A stretch of DNA of 64,000 nt from Podarcis tiliguerta (lineage: Eukaryota): NCBI GenBank assembly GCA_965153285.1, contig OZ229111.1; one strand, given 5' to 3'. Positions within the stretch are counted from its first letter, which is position 1. Each line of letters begins with the position of its first letter. The position numbers and the translations under genes are program-made. Of this stretch, positions 13,301-25,058 are shown piece after piece. The notes under the pieces are model-generated. The model saw only the letters and a program-made list of their open reading frames with translations. It was not told the origin of the DNA and did not search any database.

Positions 13301-16300
13301 TGGTTTTCTATAATAGTTCTCAGTTGAATGTTTGTCAACCATACTGAATTTGCTGCTTTGGTACTTGCCTTTGAGCACAAATAAATCACAGCTTTACCTA
13401 CCTGACAGGAACAAGAAAGTGTACATCTGTGAATACTGTAGTGTGTTAAGATCACTTGTTTGCTTTGCTACATGTACACTTGTTAAAAACTTACTGCCAT
13501 TCAGAATCGTCTATCACTGAGTCTTTTTCTTCCTTCCTGCCACAGGTAACCAAGCAAACTTCTCTAAATCCTCAGATGCTTTTGCTTTTGAAGAAGATAG
13601 TAGCAATGATGGGCTGTCCCCAGAGCAGATCAGAAGTGAGGATTCCCAGGGATCCACAGAATCAGCAGCCGGAATCAAAATTTCAGAAGCAACGTTACCC
13701 ACAATGTCAGGGACAACTCAGGTAAAACGGTATTTCTTACTTTTGGACAGATGAGACGTCCTGATACTTTGGATTAAATTTGCAGAACCAAGCCACACCC
13801 ACCTCCCACAAGCTCAATCCAGGTCAGAAAACATGCGCTTGGATTCAGCACAGTGAGTGTGCTTCCAAATCAGTCCCTCTGCTATAAACTTTTTACGTTT
13901 GTCTTCACCCCCCCCCCCCATCAGCATCCAGTACTGGACAATGAGTACAAGAGCTTCTATTAGGAAAAAATGTCTGATGCCAGAGGAAGCATATTCCTCT
14001 CCTCGGGGCTGGAATAAGAACTCGTTGTGGGTAAAAAGATGCAATGCATGCCAAGATCTCTCTGAGGGCACTGTAGCCTATGGAGGAAGCCAGCTGTAAG
14101 GTCAGCCTCTGGTGGTTACATAAAACATGGGGGTGTCCTGCAAAGGATCCTGAGCCACTGTTAACCTGAACACGACATATTCTTGGCTTGGAGTGCCCTC
14201 CTCCATTCCGGCAGTTTTGTTACACAGTGTACTTGGCATGGGGCACCTCCATTTTCCAAGCACTTATGGCACAGAGCCCAACGATTCGTCCATTTGGTTT
14301 CCCTAATAACACTAGCCTGATAAATGCGATTGGTCTCAGCTGTGTAGAAATGCCATGGCAGGGAGTCCCGAGTCACCAGCAAAATATGCTGATTGATTAT
14401 GATGGAGACTGAGAAATTGGGGGCCTCCAAGGTAGATTTTGTTGATTTTTTTTTTAAAAAAAACCATTTATTTATAGAATGTCCGTTACAGAAGAACTTT
14501 GCATTTATCAGTTGGTGGATTGGATTTAGCTAGCTAGCCGTTTAAAGGTCAAGTGATTTTAGGAGTGTAGTTCACTGCTCTCACAGCTTGTCATCCATTT
14601 CTTTTACCTACTTCAGTGTCAAGCCCATTTTATATGGAACCTTATCCCTATGGAAGACTGCCTTCTGTTGGCAATCCATGCTATTGCTTTAACGTCTACC
14701 TTAGATCCTCTTGATTGCATAGAGCAGCCTTGCCCAGCCTAATACACTAAAGCTTGCTTTGAACTACAATCCCCATTGGATGTTGTGAGTTGTAGTCCAG
14801 TAACATCAGGGGGTCACTAGGTTGTTGAAGGCTGGTGCACATAGTTTCCAGGAGCAACTGATGCTGGCAAGGAAACTTCCATGTTACGCTGCTCTAAATA
14901 CAGATCATGGAGAGATGCCAGTTGAAAAAAGTGATAACATGTAGCCCAGTCCTAGTTAAGGCTCCAAACAAGGTCAAGATAACTGGTCCTGAGCAAGACT
15001 AGCATGGACCATTTCTGTAATAGTCTGTAAGCTGCCTGTATGTGGATAGGCTTCTTGAAAATGTGCATATTGATGTCTATTAATTTCCATGTATTTATTT
15101 TGATTCCAGGATCATTCCGTTGGCTGTGAAAATGATACGGCTGATATGACATCTCTGAGGAATGGCCAGCCAGAAAGTCCTAAACAACAGAATGGGCAAC
15201 AAACACCTCCTGGCACTGTTACCACATCTGCAAAGGTATGAGCCTAACCTCCCACTACGTAGGAAGAAAAATTGTTAACATGGCTTATTGGCTAGACAAC
15301 AGCTAGCACTCATCTGCAGTAAGGGGGGGGGGCTGGTTTTAGGTGTTTGGGGAGGTGAGTTACAGTGTTGGCTTTGCTTGGAGATGGGAGTCGCTAGGAA
15401 CTACCCAGACAGTACCTCCTTGTGTCACAAAACTGGGTCCATTAGAATTCTGGGGTGAAAGTACCTGCAAAAGGAGCAAGCTGAGACTTTGATGATCTGT
15501 TGAAGCCAAGCTGTTTCCAACAATAGCGCCAACAAGACCTTGTGTTAGATGGCTCATTCATCTGTCTCAGGAATTGTGGAATTCTATGAAGCTGTCATGG
15601 GCACTACAAAATACCCATTTCAGAGAGGGAAAATGGCAATACTCAGAAATATTGCCCCAGACAACAAAAATAATATCCATGCATACTCCAAACCAAACAC
15701 TGGTATATTTTAAACTACTAATTTCCATTTATATTTTGATTTTTTTTTTAAGTTGCTTAACTTTTATGGATAATTTTAATGTATATTTAATATTCCATGT
15801 AAACCACTAAGTAACAGCCAAACCACTTATGCACGTATCTCTTCCCAAAACATCTAGGGAAACTCTGCCCTTCAAAACAGACAAAATACTCCCTTGTCCC
15901 TCTAGGGCAACAAGAGGGCCCTCCGTCCCTTTTCTTATGATATTTAGAGAGAAGTTGGAAGGCAAAGCACTGCCCTATAGCTTTCCTTCTTTACTCCTTT
16001 CCTATGGAGGTGGACCCAGAGGCATTCTGGGAGAAAGGGGAGTAGCTGGATGCTGCCCAAGTTAAAAATGAAAGAAATATTTAAAAGCCGTAAAGCAACG
16101 ATGGGCAACATGGTGTCCTGCCCATGTTACAGACTACAGCTCCAATCACCCTTGAGCACTGGTCATGCTAGTTAGGGATAACGGGAGTTGTAATTCCAAA
16201 CACACCTAATGTTTAAAAATGGTCACCGGGGAGGTGACCTGAGGACTGCCCCATGATGTTGGGGGCAGCAGGCCTATCTTAAGGCTGCGTTACATGTTGA

Positions 16301-19300
16301 GATTTTATATTTGGGTCAGAGTATCCAAGTACAAAATACACCAGTACTGTGACGATTGTAAAACATGCATTAGTATATTATTAGATACATATCATTTAAA
16401 AATTCTTGGAAGTGTCATCTGGGTAAGGACCAGATTGCTGCTTCAGACTGTTTTAAAAGGAATGTGTGGCTAATAAATATATAAACATGCCCTTTACAAA
16501 TGATGTGGTGCCTGTATATTTTGTTCCTTGTACTCAGCTACAGAAGGTCAGATGGGAAGAAGGGATGTACAAACACGTCTCAATTGCAATATTCATTTGC
16601 ACTTTCTTCTGATGTTTTCCATTCCTATGCAATTGGTTTATTTTGCAAAAGTTTGTGTGCTGTTTCATTGCCTGCTGATGTGGAAATACTTGTAATTTCT
16701 AACATATTTTTTTATGTAGCACACATTAGACACATATATCTCAGCCATCAACAGATAACTTACAAATGAGTTACATTCCTTGTGTTTTCTGGGCGGGGGG
16801 GCGGGGCGGGGGGGGACCATGTTAGTATTTTGCAGCAAAAAAACTAGAGTCTTCTACTTCTCGCTACCTTGATTTCACAGTTCAATATAAACTTTCTAAC
16901 TAACTTCAGTTACTCCATGTTGCAGATAATCTTATTGAAATTTTTATTTGTGCCCCATTTAGTCAAAACCATCGGGCGATAGCAAGAATCGCCACAAAAA
17001 GCCCAAGGAGATGAAGCCAAAAGTGAAGAAGCTTAAGTACCACCAGTACATTCCCCCAGACCAGAAGGCGGAAAAGTCCCCTCCGCCCATGGACTCGGCC
17101 TATGCAAGGCTCCTGCAGCAGCAGCAGCTCTTCCTGCAGCTCCAGATCCTCAGCCAGCAGCAGCAGCACCGGCACCAGCAGCACTTCAACTATCCGGGGC
17201 CCCATTCCATGCAGCTGAAGTGAGTTGGTAACGGAAAGGTTTCCTAGAGTGACCTTTCCACCTTACCCAGGTTTGATTTCTTGCCGCAATCAATTTGGGG
17301 CACATTCCAGCCCATTAGTCACTTTTAAGCTCTGTTAATTTAAATAGGAAATTAAAGTGTGTGCTTAAGAGAGAAAGCCTCTCCCTTTTAAGTGTCCAAA
17401 CTCTTCCAAACTTCAGCAGGATTGTACCCTTCAGGACAACAGTGGTGATGCAGTAAATTTTATTGCAGAGCAACTCAGGTTGGTCAATCCATCACACAAG
17501 TGCTATAAAACAGGCAAAGTGTAATTCCTCAGCAATAGCTCGCTTTTATTTTCAGAAAGGTGACCAAATTATACCAGCTGCTATTCAGATTTTTCAAGCT
17601 AAAGTGTCATCCCAGCTACTTTTTGGGATCCCAATATGGATAGAAGCATATAATAGTGATTTAGATAAGATACACTCAAGTTTCTTGAGATGTATCCGGG
17701 GGCTCCTAAGTTCAATCAAGTATGAGATGGTGTATGCAGAACTAGGTGTACACATGATGGAATATTGGATGAAGGCTAGCACTATAAAAAACTGGCTGCG
17801 TTGCCATTTTTGCTGCCAACCTTTGAGTCTGCTCTCTGACTTGCTTAAGAACTCTTATACATCCAGCTCTTACATAACAAAATTAGATCTATTGGTATTG
17901 ACTTGGAATCCTGGTATAATTCAAGTGGGCAATATATTTATTGCAATATTCAAACTAGATTAAGGGACATTCATTGAATCAGTTGTAAGTGAATCAGGGT
18001 CACTTAAATCTCAAAATTAAAAATTCCAGCCCAACGCAGGGCCTTTATCTGAGCCCAGCTGAACATTTCCCCCTCAGCTCTTGTCAAAGGCAGATATTTA
18101 AACATCCCCAGAAATGATAGACATTGCAGATGTTATTTGAACGTGCCAGACACTGTAGAACATATCCTTTTCTACTGTCCATTGTACAACCAGCTACGTA
18201 AACACGTGCTATCTCCTTTTTTGGGAAGTCTAACATCATGGCACAATGAAAATATCAGATTCTATCTGTCTGACACTTACTCAGAAGTAACTGCAAAGGT
18301 GGCTGAGATTTTCTCAATAGTATTTCTTAGAGCGGTGACTGGCACTATTTAGCAGGAAGAAATCCCAATGATAATTCTTGTAATTATATATTTTACATGG
18401 CTTTTATTTGTATATATGGATGTTTTATGATGGCCAGTACTTGTAATAAAGGTTTAGTGAAGTAAGTAAGAATACTGATATTTAAAAAGAAGAAGAAAAC
18501 AAAAGGGGGGAAATGTTCTGCACTTTTATTTTTTGCAGGCAACCCAATGAGCAAATGGCCAAAACCTCAAACTCTTCCCCATCGACAGTTGCCAACAGCC
18601 CTCTTTCCCCTGGGAAGGGAAGCTTTTCAGGGCAATCCTGCATTTCGTCTCTCAAGCCAGGTCCTCTCCCATCCAACCTGGATGATTTAAAAGTGAGTAC
18701 TGCATGCAAAAGTTGATGAAAAGTGTAAAACCTTCTGTGTGGTATATGAAACTGCATGTGGAGGCAGTGTGTTCCTCCAGGAAACACATGGTTAACACAT
18801 GCACTTCGGTCAATATCCCAAATTAATCAAAATTCAAATATCACATAAATTGAAGCAGTCAAACACCACCATAAGATCAACAGACCAACTAGGGTCAGTG
18901 GACTGTAGAGAAGAGACCAAATTATTATTTGCCAAAGCTGACTTAGAACTAATAAAATCGGACATTGTAGCTTGTTTAAAAACAGATGGCAGAGCCAGTT
19001 CTATTTCAATAATATTCGTTGTTTAAGAATGCAAACCATTATTTTACTAACACACTAAATTAAAACAAAATTAACACAAAGGCAACCCTGGAACAAGAAA
19101 AAACCTCAAGCATTAAACATAACATACGTTAAGAAATCAATTGAAACAAAGTGCTCTAAGCGAACACTTATATACACACAGGCACGTGCCAGAGGCACAA
19201 CCTCAGGCAGCTGTTGCTGAAAATATAGGCCATCCGCAGGAAGCAAAGTAATGGGAAGTTCAACAAGCTCTGATGTTCTGCCTAGTCTTCACCTGGAGGA

Positions 19301-22300
19301 CTTGCCTGTGCCCAAAGGGCTGCAGCTCCTAAGCAGGGACAGGAGAGTATCCTCAGGAGTAATGATGGTTGACTGGAAAGCATGCCTTCTCTTTCCCCCA
19401 AGTTTCTCAAGAAGCACTGCTCTGTCTATATCTAAAATGTAAGAAGGGCAGCCCAGGTTAAAACCAGCCACAAATTCATTAGGTGTAGGCAGTGCTATTT
19501 TTCTAGAAAAAGAGGTGCCAGAACTCACAAAGAATGTCTCCCTTGTTCTCTTAGAATGGCAACGGAGCTCACCTGAGAGGTGCTGAAACTGAATTCCAGC
19601 TGAAAAATAAGCCCTGGGTGCAGACGTTCAGTCCCGCTCCTGGCTTATTACAACTTGCATAATTTTAATTTGGACAGCATAGCACCTAAGGCAATAGAAA
19701 TAATTAGAGATGTCCAAGTAATGTTGTGCTAAGCAGCACAGGGACAAACTGGCGTATCCAGTCCAATTAATAGCAGCCATTTTGGAGCCCAAACTTTACC
19801 CAGCCCAACTCTTTGTCCGTGCAAATAATCTCTGGTTTAGATTTGGGTCAGGGTCCACTGTAAGCAGGTTGCTACTTTGCCACAAAGTTGAACTGAAAAG
19901 CGACCTTGCCACTGACTAAGCGGCTTTCATTCCAGGTGTCGGAGCTGAGGCAGCAGCTCCGAATAAGGGGCCTCCCTGTATCAGGTACGAAAACGGCCTT
20001 GATGGAACGCCTGCGGCCCTTCCAGGAGTGCAGCGGGGGTTCTGTGCCCAGCTTCAATGAGATAACCACCGTCACCTTCCCAGTGACACCAACCAACTCT
20101 CTCTCCAGCTACCAGTCGCAGTCTTCGGCCAGCCTGCTGTCCAATGGCTTTTACCACTTTGGCAGCACCAGCTCTACTCCCCCCATCTCCCCAGCTTCCT
20201 CAGACCTATCGGTGAATGGCTCCTTGCCAGACAGTTTCAACGAAGGACCAATGTCTTCCCCCCATTTTGTCCTGCACCCTTCCCCTGTGCAAGGCGGGTG
20301 TGAAGAAAGCCTGATGGGAAGCATGAACGGCGCTGGCATCCAGCTCGACGTGGAAAGGGTTGACACAGAGAAAGACAAAATGCTGGTGGAAAAGCAGAAG
20401 GTCATCAATGAGCTGACCTGGAAACTGCAGCAAGAGCAGAGGCAAGTGGAAGAGCTAAGGATGCAGCTGCAGAAGCGCAAAAGGAGCCACGGCTTGGACG
20501 AGAAGCAGCCCTCTCCACACTTCTTCGGCTTCCCGATCAAGCAAGAAAACCCAGCGTCTAGTTGTCCCTTTGCCTCTAAGCAAGCTCCCTTGAAAGGCCA
20601 GGCTAGCAACTCGGACACACTGAGAAACTGTGGGACACCTCAGCTGCCCCATCTTGTAAATAGCCATTGCATGGAGCCGTCAGGACAGAGCGGCATACTG
20701 TCCTCCACATTCCTAAGCCCACAGTGCTCTCCCCAGCATTCTCCACTAGAGGCAGCAAAGAGTCCGCAACACATCAGCCTTCCACCCTCACCAAACAGCC
20801 ATTACCTCCTCTCTGTGTCCCCCAGCACTCAGGGAGAAGGACGCAGCAGCTCTCCACAGCCCAGCAGCCATCTTCGCACAGCTCCAGTAAGAAAGCTACT
20901 TGTTATTATTATTAGGGGGTGCAGAGTTAGGGGAGGGTGTTAAAGCAGCTCCCATTCAATCCAGATTCCAAACTGCTCAGAGCTTCAAAGGCACTTTGAG
21001 CTGTGCCCAGAATCAGACTGGGGGGCAGTGCAATGTTTCAAAACTGGCAGGCTGTGTTCCATGTGTCCAGGCCCAGTTTACCTACTGTAGCTATTATTGC
21101 TTCTCAGTTGATGAAATACCAAACAGGAAAGGAGGAGTTTAATTGCCCATCTTCCAGTGATTAAAATATACATCTGTTGGTTTGCATTCAAGTTGCAGAA
21201 CGGCATTTCAAGGATGGTGGCATACACATAAGCAGAGTAGGTTCAACTTTTTCAGAAGTCATTAAGAAACCGGACACTACCCACTCTTCCACATATACAG
21301 CTTAATTACCACCCTTGGTGTCCCTGTAACTCTCTCCTGCCCATTCAAAAGAGAGTATATCACCTAAGCCATGGGTAGGCAAACTAAGGCCCGGGGGCCG
21401 CATTCGGCCCAATCGCTTTCTAAATCTGGCCCGCGGATGGTCCAGGAAACAGTATGTTTTTACATGAGTAGAATGTGTGCTTTTATTTAAAATGTAACTC
21501 TGTGTTATTTGTGGGGCATAGAAATTCATTCATCCCCCCCCCCCAAAAAAAATATAGTCCGGCCCCCCACAAGGTTTGAGGGACAGTGGACCGGCCCCCT
21601 GCTGAAAAAGTTGGCTCACCCCTGCCCTAAACCAGGCAGCCTTTACTGCAGTTTTCTGCTAGTGGGTGGGGGAATTCAATATTATTTCAAAATTCCTTTG
21701 CAGAACTTTGTAAGTGCCATTATCAATGGCAAAACTGTTATTACAGCAAGGGAGATGGGCTTTGGGAGCCTTGACTTTTTCTCATGCTTCCACTGAATTT
21801 GCAATGAGATCACCTCATTGACTGTTGATTTGTTCCCATGTGCAAGAGGTAAATTTATGGAGGCAACTGCTGAATAGCAGTCTTGGCCCAAGTTTGGCTT
21901 GATCCCTGTGATTGATTTTGGTTCCACACAGGTGCCAGCACAAGGTAGTCAGAAGTATTCCATTCTGTCTCCTGGCTTTTGCAAGTCAAATGCTGCCCTC
22001 CCAGATGGAAAGCAGCCACCACCCTACGCTGATGCTGTGAAACAGGTAACAGTCTGGTGCTTGGTAGGCTATGCTTGGCTGCAGATAGCTTGCTTTGATT
22101 GTTATGTACATCAAAGCCAATTGCAGATTTAAGAGTGTTGTGTGACCTATGAGTGAAAGCAGATGACTACTGACAGCCTTGAAAACTGAATTTATTATTG
22201 TAGAAAGAGTTATATACAGTCAATTGGATTAAAAGCAAATGCAAATTCATTCAACCTCTTATTTGTTCAGACATTGAATAAGCAGCTGAAGTGATTCAGG

Positions 22301-25058
22301 TGACTTCTGTTGGAAGGGTCATCTGAATTTTTAGAAGAAACAGAAAGATCTCTGAATGAACTAAGTTTGCAAGCTACAGCTGAACACTTGGTTCAAAAAA
22401 GTACGCACAAGAGCACTGCAGGATGGCCCCTAAAGAGGTAATTGCAGTGGGTCACACAAAGTTTGTGTGGGTTAACAGGAGCCAACGTAAGCATACCAAT
22501 GAATGTGGTAGGATTTTATTCTAAGTAACATTAGTTACAGGTTGAAAATCTGAGTGAAGGAGGGAGTTTTCATTCCACTTTGGGAGGGCTATTGATCTTG
22601 CTTCTCTGAGGCTTTTATGAACTATAATGGTATTAATTGTAATACATAACAGCCTACTATACGCACAAAAAAACTGCTCAAGTATTGTAGGAGACCTGTT
22701 TCAACTAGTTACTAAGGAATCATTGTTTATTTAACATGCCTGTCAAGGAGATTCTATCATCCTTATATGTCTGAGGCTTCAGCTTTCTTTTGAAAGCATC
22801 TCTCAATATCCATCAAAGCTGATTTTTCTAGTATAGTAGTGTGTGGCTCCAGTACCAACTTCCTAACATCCCTTGCTTTTTTCTTGCTGCAGCAGATGAC
22901 CCGAAGCCAGCAAATGGATGAACTGTTGGATGTGCTTATTGAAACTGGAGGTAGGTGATATCCCTAAGGCAAGACTGTTGGTTCTGGTCAAAGCAAGTAT
23001 GAGCGAAGTCTCTGGCTGCCCAAAGAGGGTGCAATTTGATCGCTGTGTCTGCAGTAACCCCTAGCCCCAATGCTTTTCATTGCCTGAAGGGTGGTACCCA
23101 AAATGGCAATTTCAGAGAATTTCCCCTAGTCATAAGGTAAAGGGACCCCTGACCATTCGGTCCAGTCATGGCCGACTCTGGGGTTGCGGCGCTCATCTCA
23201 CTTTATTGGCCGAGGGAGCCGGCGTACAGCTTCCGGGTCATGTGGCTGGCATGACTAAGCTGCTTCTGGCGAACCAGAGCAGCGCACGGAAACGCCGCTT
23301 ACCTTCCAGCTGGAGTGGTACCTATTTATTTACTTGCACTTTGACGTGCTTTTGAACTGCTAGGTTGGCAGGAGCAGGGACCGAGCAACGGGAGCTCACC
23401 CTGTCAAGGGGATTCGAACTGCAGACCTTCTGATTGGCAAGTCCTAGGCTCTGTGGTTTAACCCACAGCACTACCTGCGTCCTTACCCCCTAGTCATAGT
23501 AAGCCATAATTTGAGCCCAATGCCTACTGCTAAATGTAGCCATGGTCATAGCCCGCTCCCAAAGTGCATTTTCTTGATGGGCTTATTTTAAGCAACCAGA
23601 TGTGGCCCTCAGACTGTCACTGGACCCCAACTCACATCAACCCCAGTCAGCGATGATGGGAGATGAAGCCCAAAATCTGGAGGGCCACAGCTTAGCCACC
23701 CTTGCACTAAAATAGATTGTGTGGTCTTAACAATCAGAATCTGATATAAGCATACAGGAATCTTATCTGTCTGACATTAACCTGGAAGTAACTGCAAGGG
23801 TGGCTGAGTTTTGGTTAACAGTATCACTTAGAGTGGTGAATGGCACTATTTAGTGGGAAGAAATCCCATTTTTATATAGTTTACATATCTATTTATTTGT
23901 ATATATTTTAAATTTTATATATCGATGTTTTATACTTGTAATGCCTAATAATGGTTTGGTGAAGTATTAAGATTCTAGTTGCTGTAGGACATCCCATACT
24001 CATCCGCTCATCTTTTTCCCTCTTAACAAGTCCTTGCCAACACACATATACTTAGTGATAATTTCTTCTTCTGATTTCCTTCCTGCGGTCCTTGGATGGA
24101 GCACCTACTGTGTTCCCTGACCACAATCTGCTGTTGGCTCTTCTGCGATCTTTCTGTTCTTCTCACCCAGGCATTCCTAGATACACCTTACAGGCTCACA
24201 GAACCACAAAGTAGATTCCTGGTATGCCAAGTTACTCTAGCATAGCATCACATAAAGCTATATCCAACCAAAAGAAAAGTAGGACACACTTCTCTGACAG
24301 CAGCAGCGAATTACGATGTGCTCCATTGGGTATCTCATACTGTAGACAAAGGAGTCTGCCGTCTTGACAGGCAGTAATCACTGATGTGCAAGATGTTTTA
24401 TAACATTTCAAGTTGTAGGGTGGCTTGGGGTGCACGGTATAGTAAAGTTGTAGATCTGCTCTTGATGAGCCTTTTTTGTTTGCAAACAGAAATGCCTGCA
24501 AATGCCAAAGAGGACCGCCCTTGCCTTCAGAAGGTGCCTCAGATAACAGTGTCTTCGGGGACCTCCGGCACTTCCTCGCTACTGAAGACATCCGCTTCAT
24601 TTGAGCAAGGCCCCTCAGGTCAGCTGTCCTTTGAACACTGCCCTAGCAGCAACGACAGTCATCTGGAAATCTTGTTAAATTCCCACAGCCCTCTGGGGCG
24701 GTCGAGTGAAATCACCCTACTGAAGGTGGGTGAAGAACCACACTTTGAAGGGGTGATGGAAGGATTTTCCAACAAAGCTGCCGATGAACTGCTGCCACCC
24801 CACGAGATCCTGCCCACTCCCCTGTCGCCCATGGAGACCCAGCTGTCTCCCTCTTCTGGAGAAGGAACTGGTTTGCACATGAGCTTCACAGAGTCTCCTT
24901 GGGAAACAATGGAATGGCTGGACCTCACTCCGCCTAGCTCAGCCAACGGTTTCGGTTCCCTCACCACCACTGGGCCTAGCATCTTCAACATTGATTTCTT
25001 AGATGTTAGTGATCTCAACTTGAACAGTACCATGGACCTGCATTTACAACAGTGGTGA
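1109..25058 (+). CDS. MYOCD: Myocardin, 5'-partial: join(1109-1174,7119-7174,9433-9508,11398-11559,13546-13721,15110-15235,16963-17219,18539-18692,19936-20886,21932-22045,22893-22950,24490-25058)
   Basis: The spliced exons (2765 nt, phase-1 start) give one open frame: three RPEL motifs, basic region KPKVKKLKYHQYIPPDQK, Q-rich segment, SAP domain ([28 protein letters not shown]), coiled coil, and the myocardin C-terminus ...MDLHLQQW*. Adjacent to MAP2K4. Confidence 0.97.
1731..1915 (-). mobile_element. MIR/CORE-type SINE
   Basis: CAGATGGGGAAACTGAGACTGAGAGAG...CTTGCCCAAGGCCACCCAG...GATCTGAATCCAGGTCT. Confidence 0.75.
7119..7174 (+). CDS. MYOCD: MYOCD exon 3 (PLKTPSPFHEQKKSLERAK)
   Basis: gattgcag|...CAAG|gtaacc, 56 nt. 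Confidence 0.95.
7357..7385. repeat. (GT)n microsatellite
   Basis: Directly visible. Confidence 0.95.
7925..8090 (+). mobile_element. Decayed tRNA-derived squamate SINE (Squam3-like)
   Basis: TAGCTCA head; TAGACAATGCTGGGCTAGATGGACC tail segment. Confidence 0.55.
9137..9320 (-). mobile_element. CR1 LINE 3' fragment
   Basis: TAGAATTGGAAGGGACCCTGAGGGTCATCTAGTCCAACCCC matches the reverse complement of the typical CR1 3' end. Confidence 0.75.
9433..9508 (+). CDS. MYOCD: MYOCD exon 4 (RPEL2: TEDYLKHKTRNRPERSELVDMHILQ)
   Basis: ttctgtag|...CAGG|gtaaga, 76 nt; internal Met codon at 9493-9495. Confidence 0.95.
9590..9960 (+). mobile_element. Decayed L2 3' fragment
   Basis: CCAGGGCTTTCAG...CTTTGGAATGAGCTCC...CTTAAAACACATTTGTTT resembles the RAFS/LWN/KTxLF end of the intact L2. 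Confidence 0.55.
9984..10099. repeat. Short hairpin MITE (ACTCCCATCA...TGATGGGARTTGTAGTCC family, hAT-like)
   Basis: Internal palindrome; related copies at 14724, 16095, 23591 and 62463. Confidence 0.6.
10894..11240 (-). mobile_element. Sauria SINE (POM-type), slightly 5'-truncated
   Basis: (ACCTTT)n tail reading TAAAGG repeats on +; body closely similar to the copy at 23135. Confidence 0.88.
11398..11559 (+). CDS. MYOCD: MYOCD exon 5 (B2 basic element and RPEL3: MKLKRARLADNLNEKIALRPGPLELVEKNII)
   Basis: tttacag|...AAAG|gtaata, 162 nt. Confidence 0.96.
13546..13721 (+). CDS. MYOCD: MYOCD exon 6 (GNQANFSKSSDAFAFEEDSSNDGLSPEQ...)
   Basis: ccacag|...TCAG|gtaaaa, 176 nt. Confidence 0.95.
14724..14835. 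repeat. Short hairpin MITE, same family
   Basis: CAGCCTT...AACTACAA...TTGTAGTCC...GAAGGCTG. Confidence 0.6.
15110..15235 (+). CDS. MYOCD: MYOCD exon 7 (DHSVGCENDT...VTTSAK)
   Basis: ttccag|...AAAG|gtatga, 126 nt, open in phase 0. Confidence 0.9.
16095..16205. repeat. Short hairpin MITE, same family
   Basis: GACTACAGCTCC...GGGAGTTGTAATTCC. Confidence 0.5.
16963..17219 (+). CDS. MYOCD: MYOCD exon 8 (basic SRF-binding region and Q-rich region)
   Basis: catttag|TCAAAA...CTGAA|gtgagt, 257 nt. Confidence 0.96.
17440..18470 (+). mobile_element. Decayed non-LTR retrotransposon 3' fragment (RTE-X-like)
   Basis: RT C-terminal-like peptide (ORF 17463-17963), Zn-knuckle-like DTVEHILFYCPLY, then AATAAA and (GTAA)n tail. 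Confidence 0.7.
18539..18692 (+). CDS. MYOCD: MYOCD exon 9 (QPNEQM...PSNLDDLK)
   Basis: ttttgcag|...TAAAA|gtgagt, 154 nt. Confidence 0.95.
19490..19616. mobile_element. Short hAT-type MITE
   Basis: TIRs CAGTGCTATTTT / AAATAAGCCCTG; degenerate 8-bp TSD GGTGTAGG/GGTGCAGA. Confidence 0.7.
19936..20886 (+). CDS. MYOCD: MYOCD exon 10 (SAP domain, coiled coil)
   Basis: ttccag|GTGTCG...GCTCCA|gtaaga, 951 nt; matches ORF 19906-20943. Confidence 0.95.
21370..21624. mobile_element. hAT (Charlie-type) MITE
   Basis: TIRs CATGGGTAGGCAAACT / AGTTGGCTCACCCCTG; degenerate 8-bp TSD ACCTAAGC/CCCTAAAC; GGCCC subterminal motifs. Confidence 0.85.
21932..22045 (+). CDS. MYOCD: MYOCD exon 11 (VPAQGSQK...QPPPYADAVKQ)
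   Basis: cacacag|...ACAG|gtaaca, 114 nt. Confidence 0.92.
22893..22950 (+). CDS. MYOCD: MYOCD exon 12 (QMTRSQQMDELLDVLIETG)
   Basis: gctgcag|CAGATG...GGAG|gtaggt, 58 nt; NAGNAG acceptor. Confidence 0.95.
23135..23486 (-). mobile_element. Sauria SINE, full length with 12-bp TSD
   Basis: TSD CCCCTAGTCATA at 23123-23134 and 23487-23498; tRNA-like head with a B-box-like GTTCGAATCC on -. Confidence 0.92.
23591..23705. repeat. Short hairpin MITE, same family
   Basis: TGTGGCCCTC...TGATGGGAG...GAGGGCCACA. Confidence 0.5.
23760..23971 (+). mobile_element. Second 3' stub of the same RTE-X-like family
   Basis: Aligns by eye to 18262-18470 (TATCTGTCTGACA...GAAGTAACTGCAA...TGGCACTATTTAG...GAAGAAATCCCA). 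Confidence 0.75.
24490..25058 (+). CDS. MYOCD: MYOCD last coding exon (transactivation domain, stop TGA 25056-25058)
   Basis: caaacag|AAATG...; ends SPWETMEWLDLT...MDLHLQQW*. Confidence 0.96.

Noticed and set aside
20887-21931. Equivalent of the mammalian 144-nt alternative exon 10a
   Set aside because: No convincing in-frame AG/GT-bounded candidate; the acceptor at 21198 hits a stop after 10 codons.
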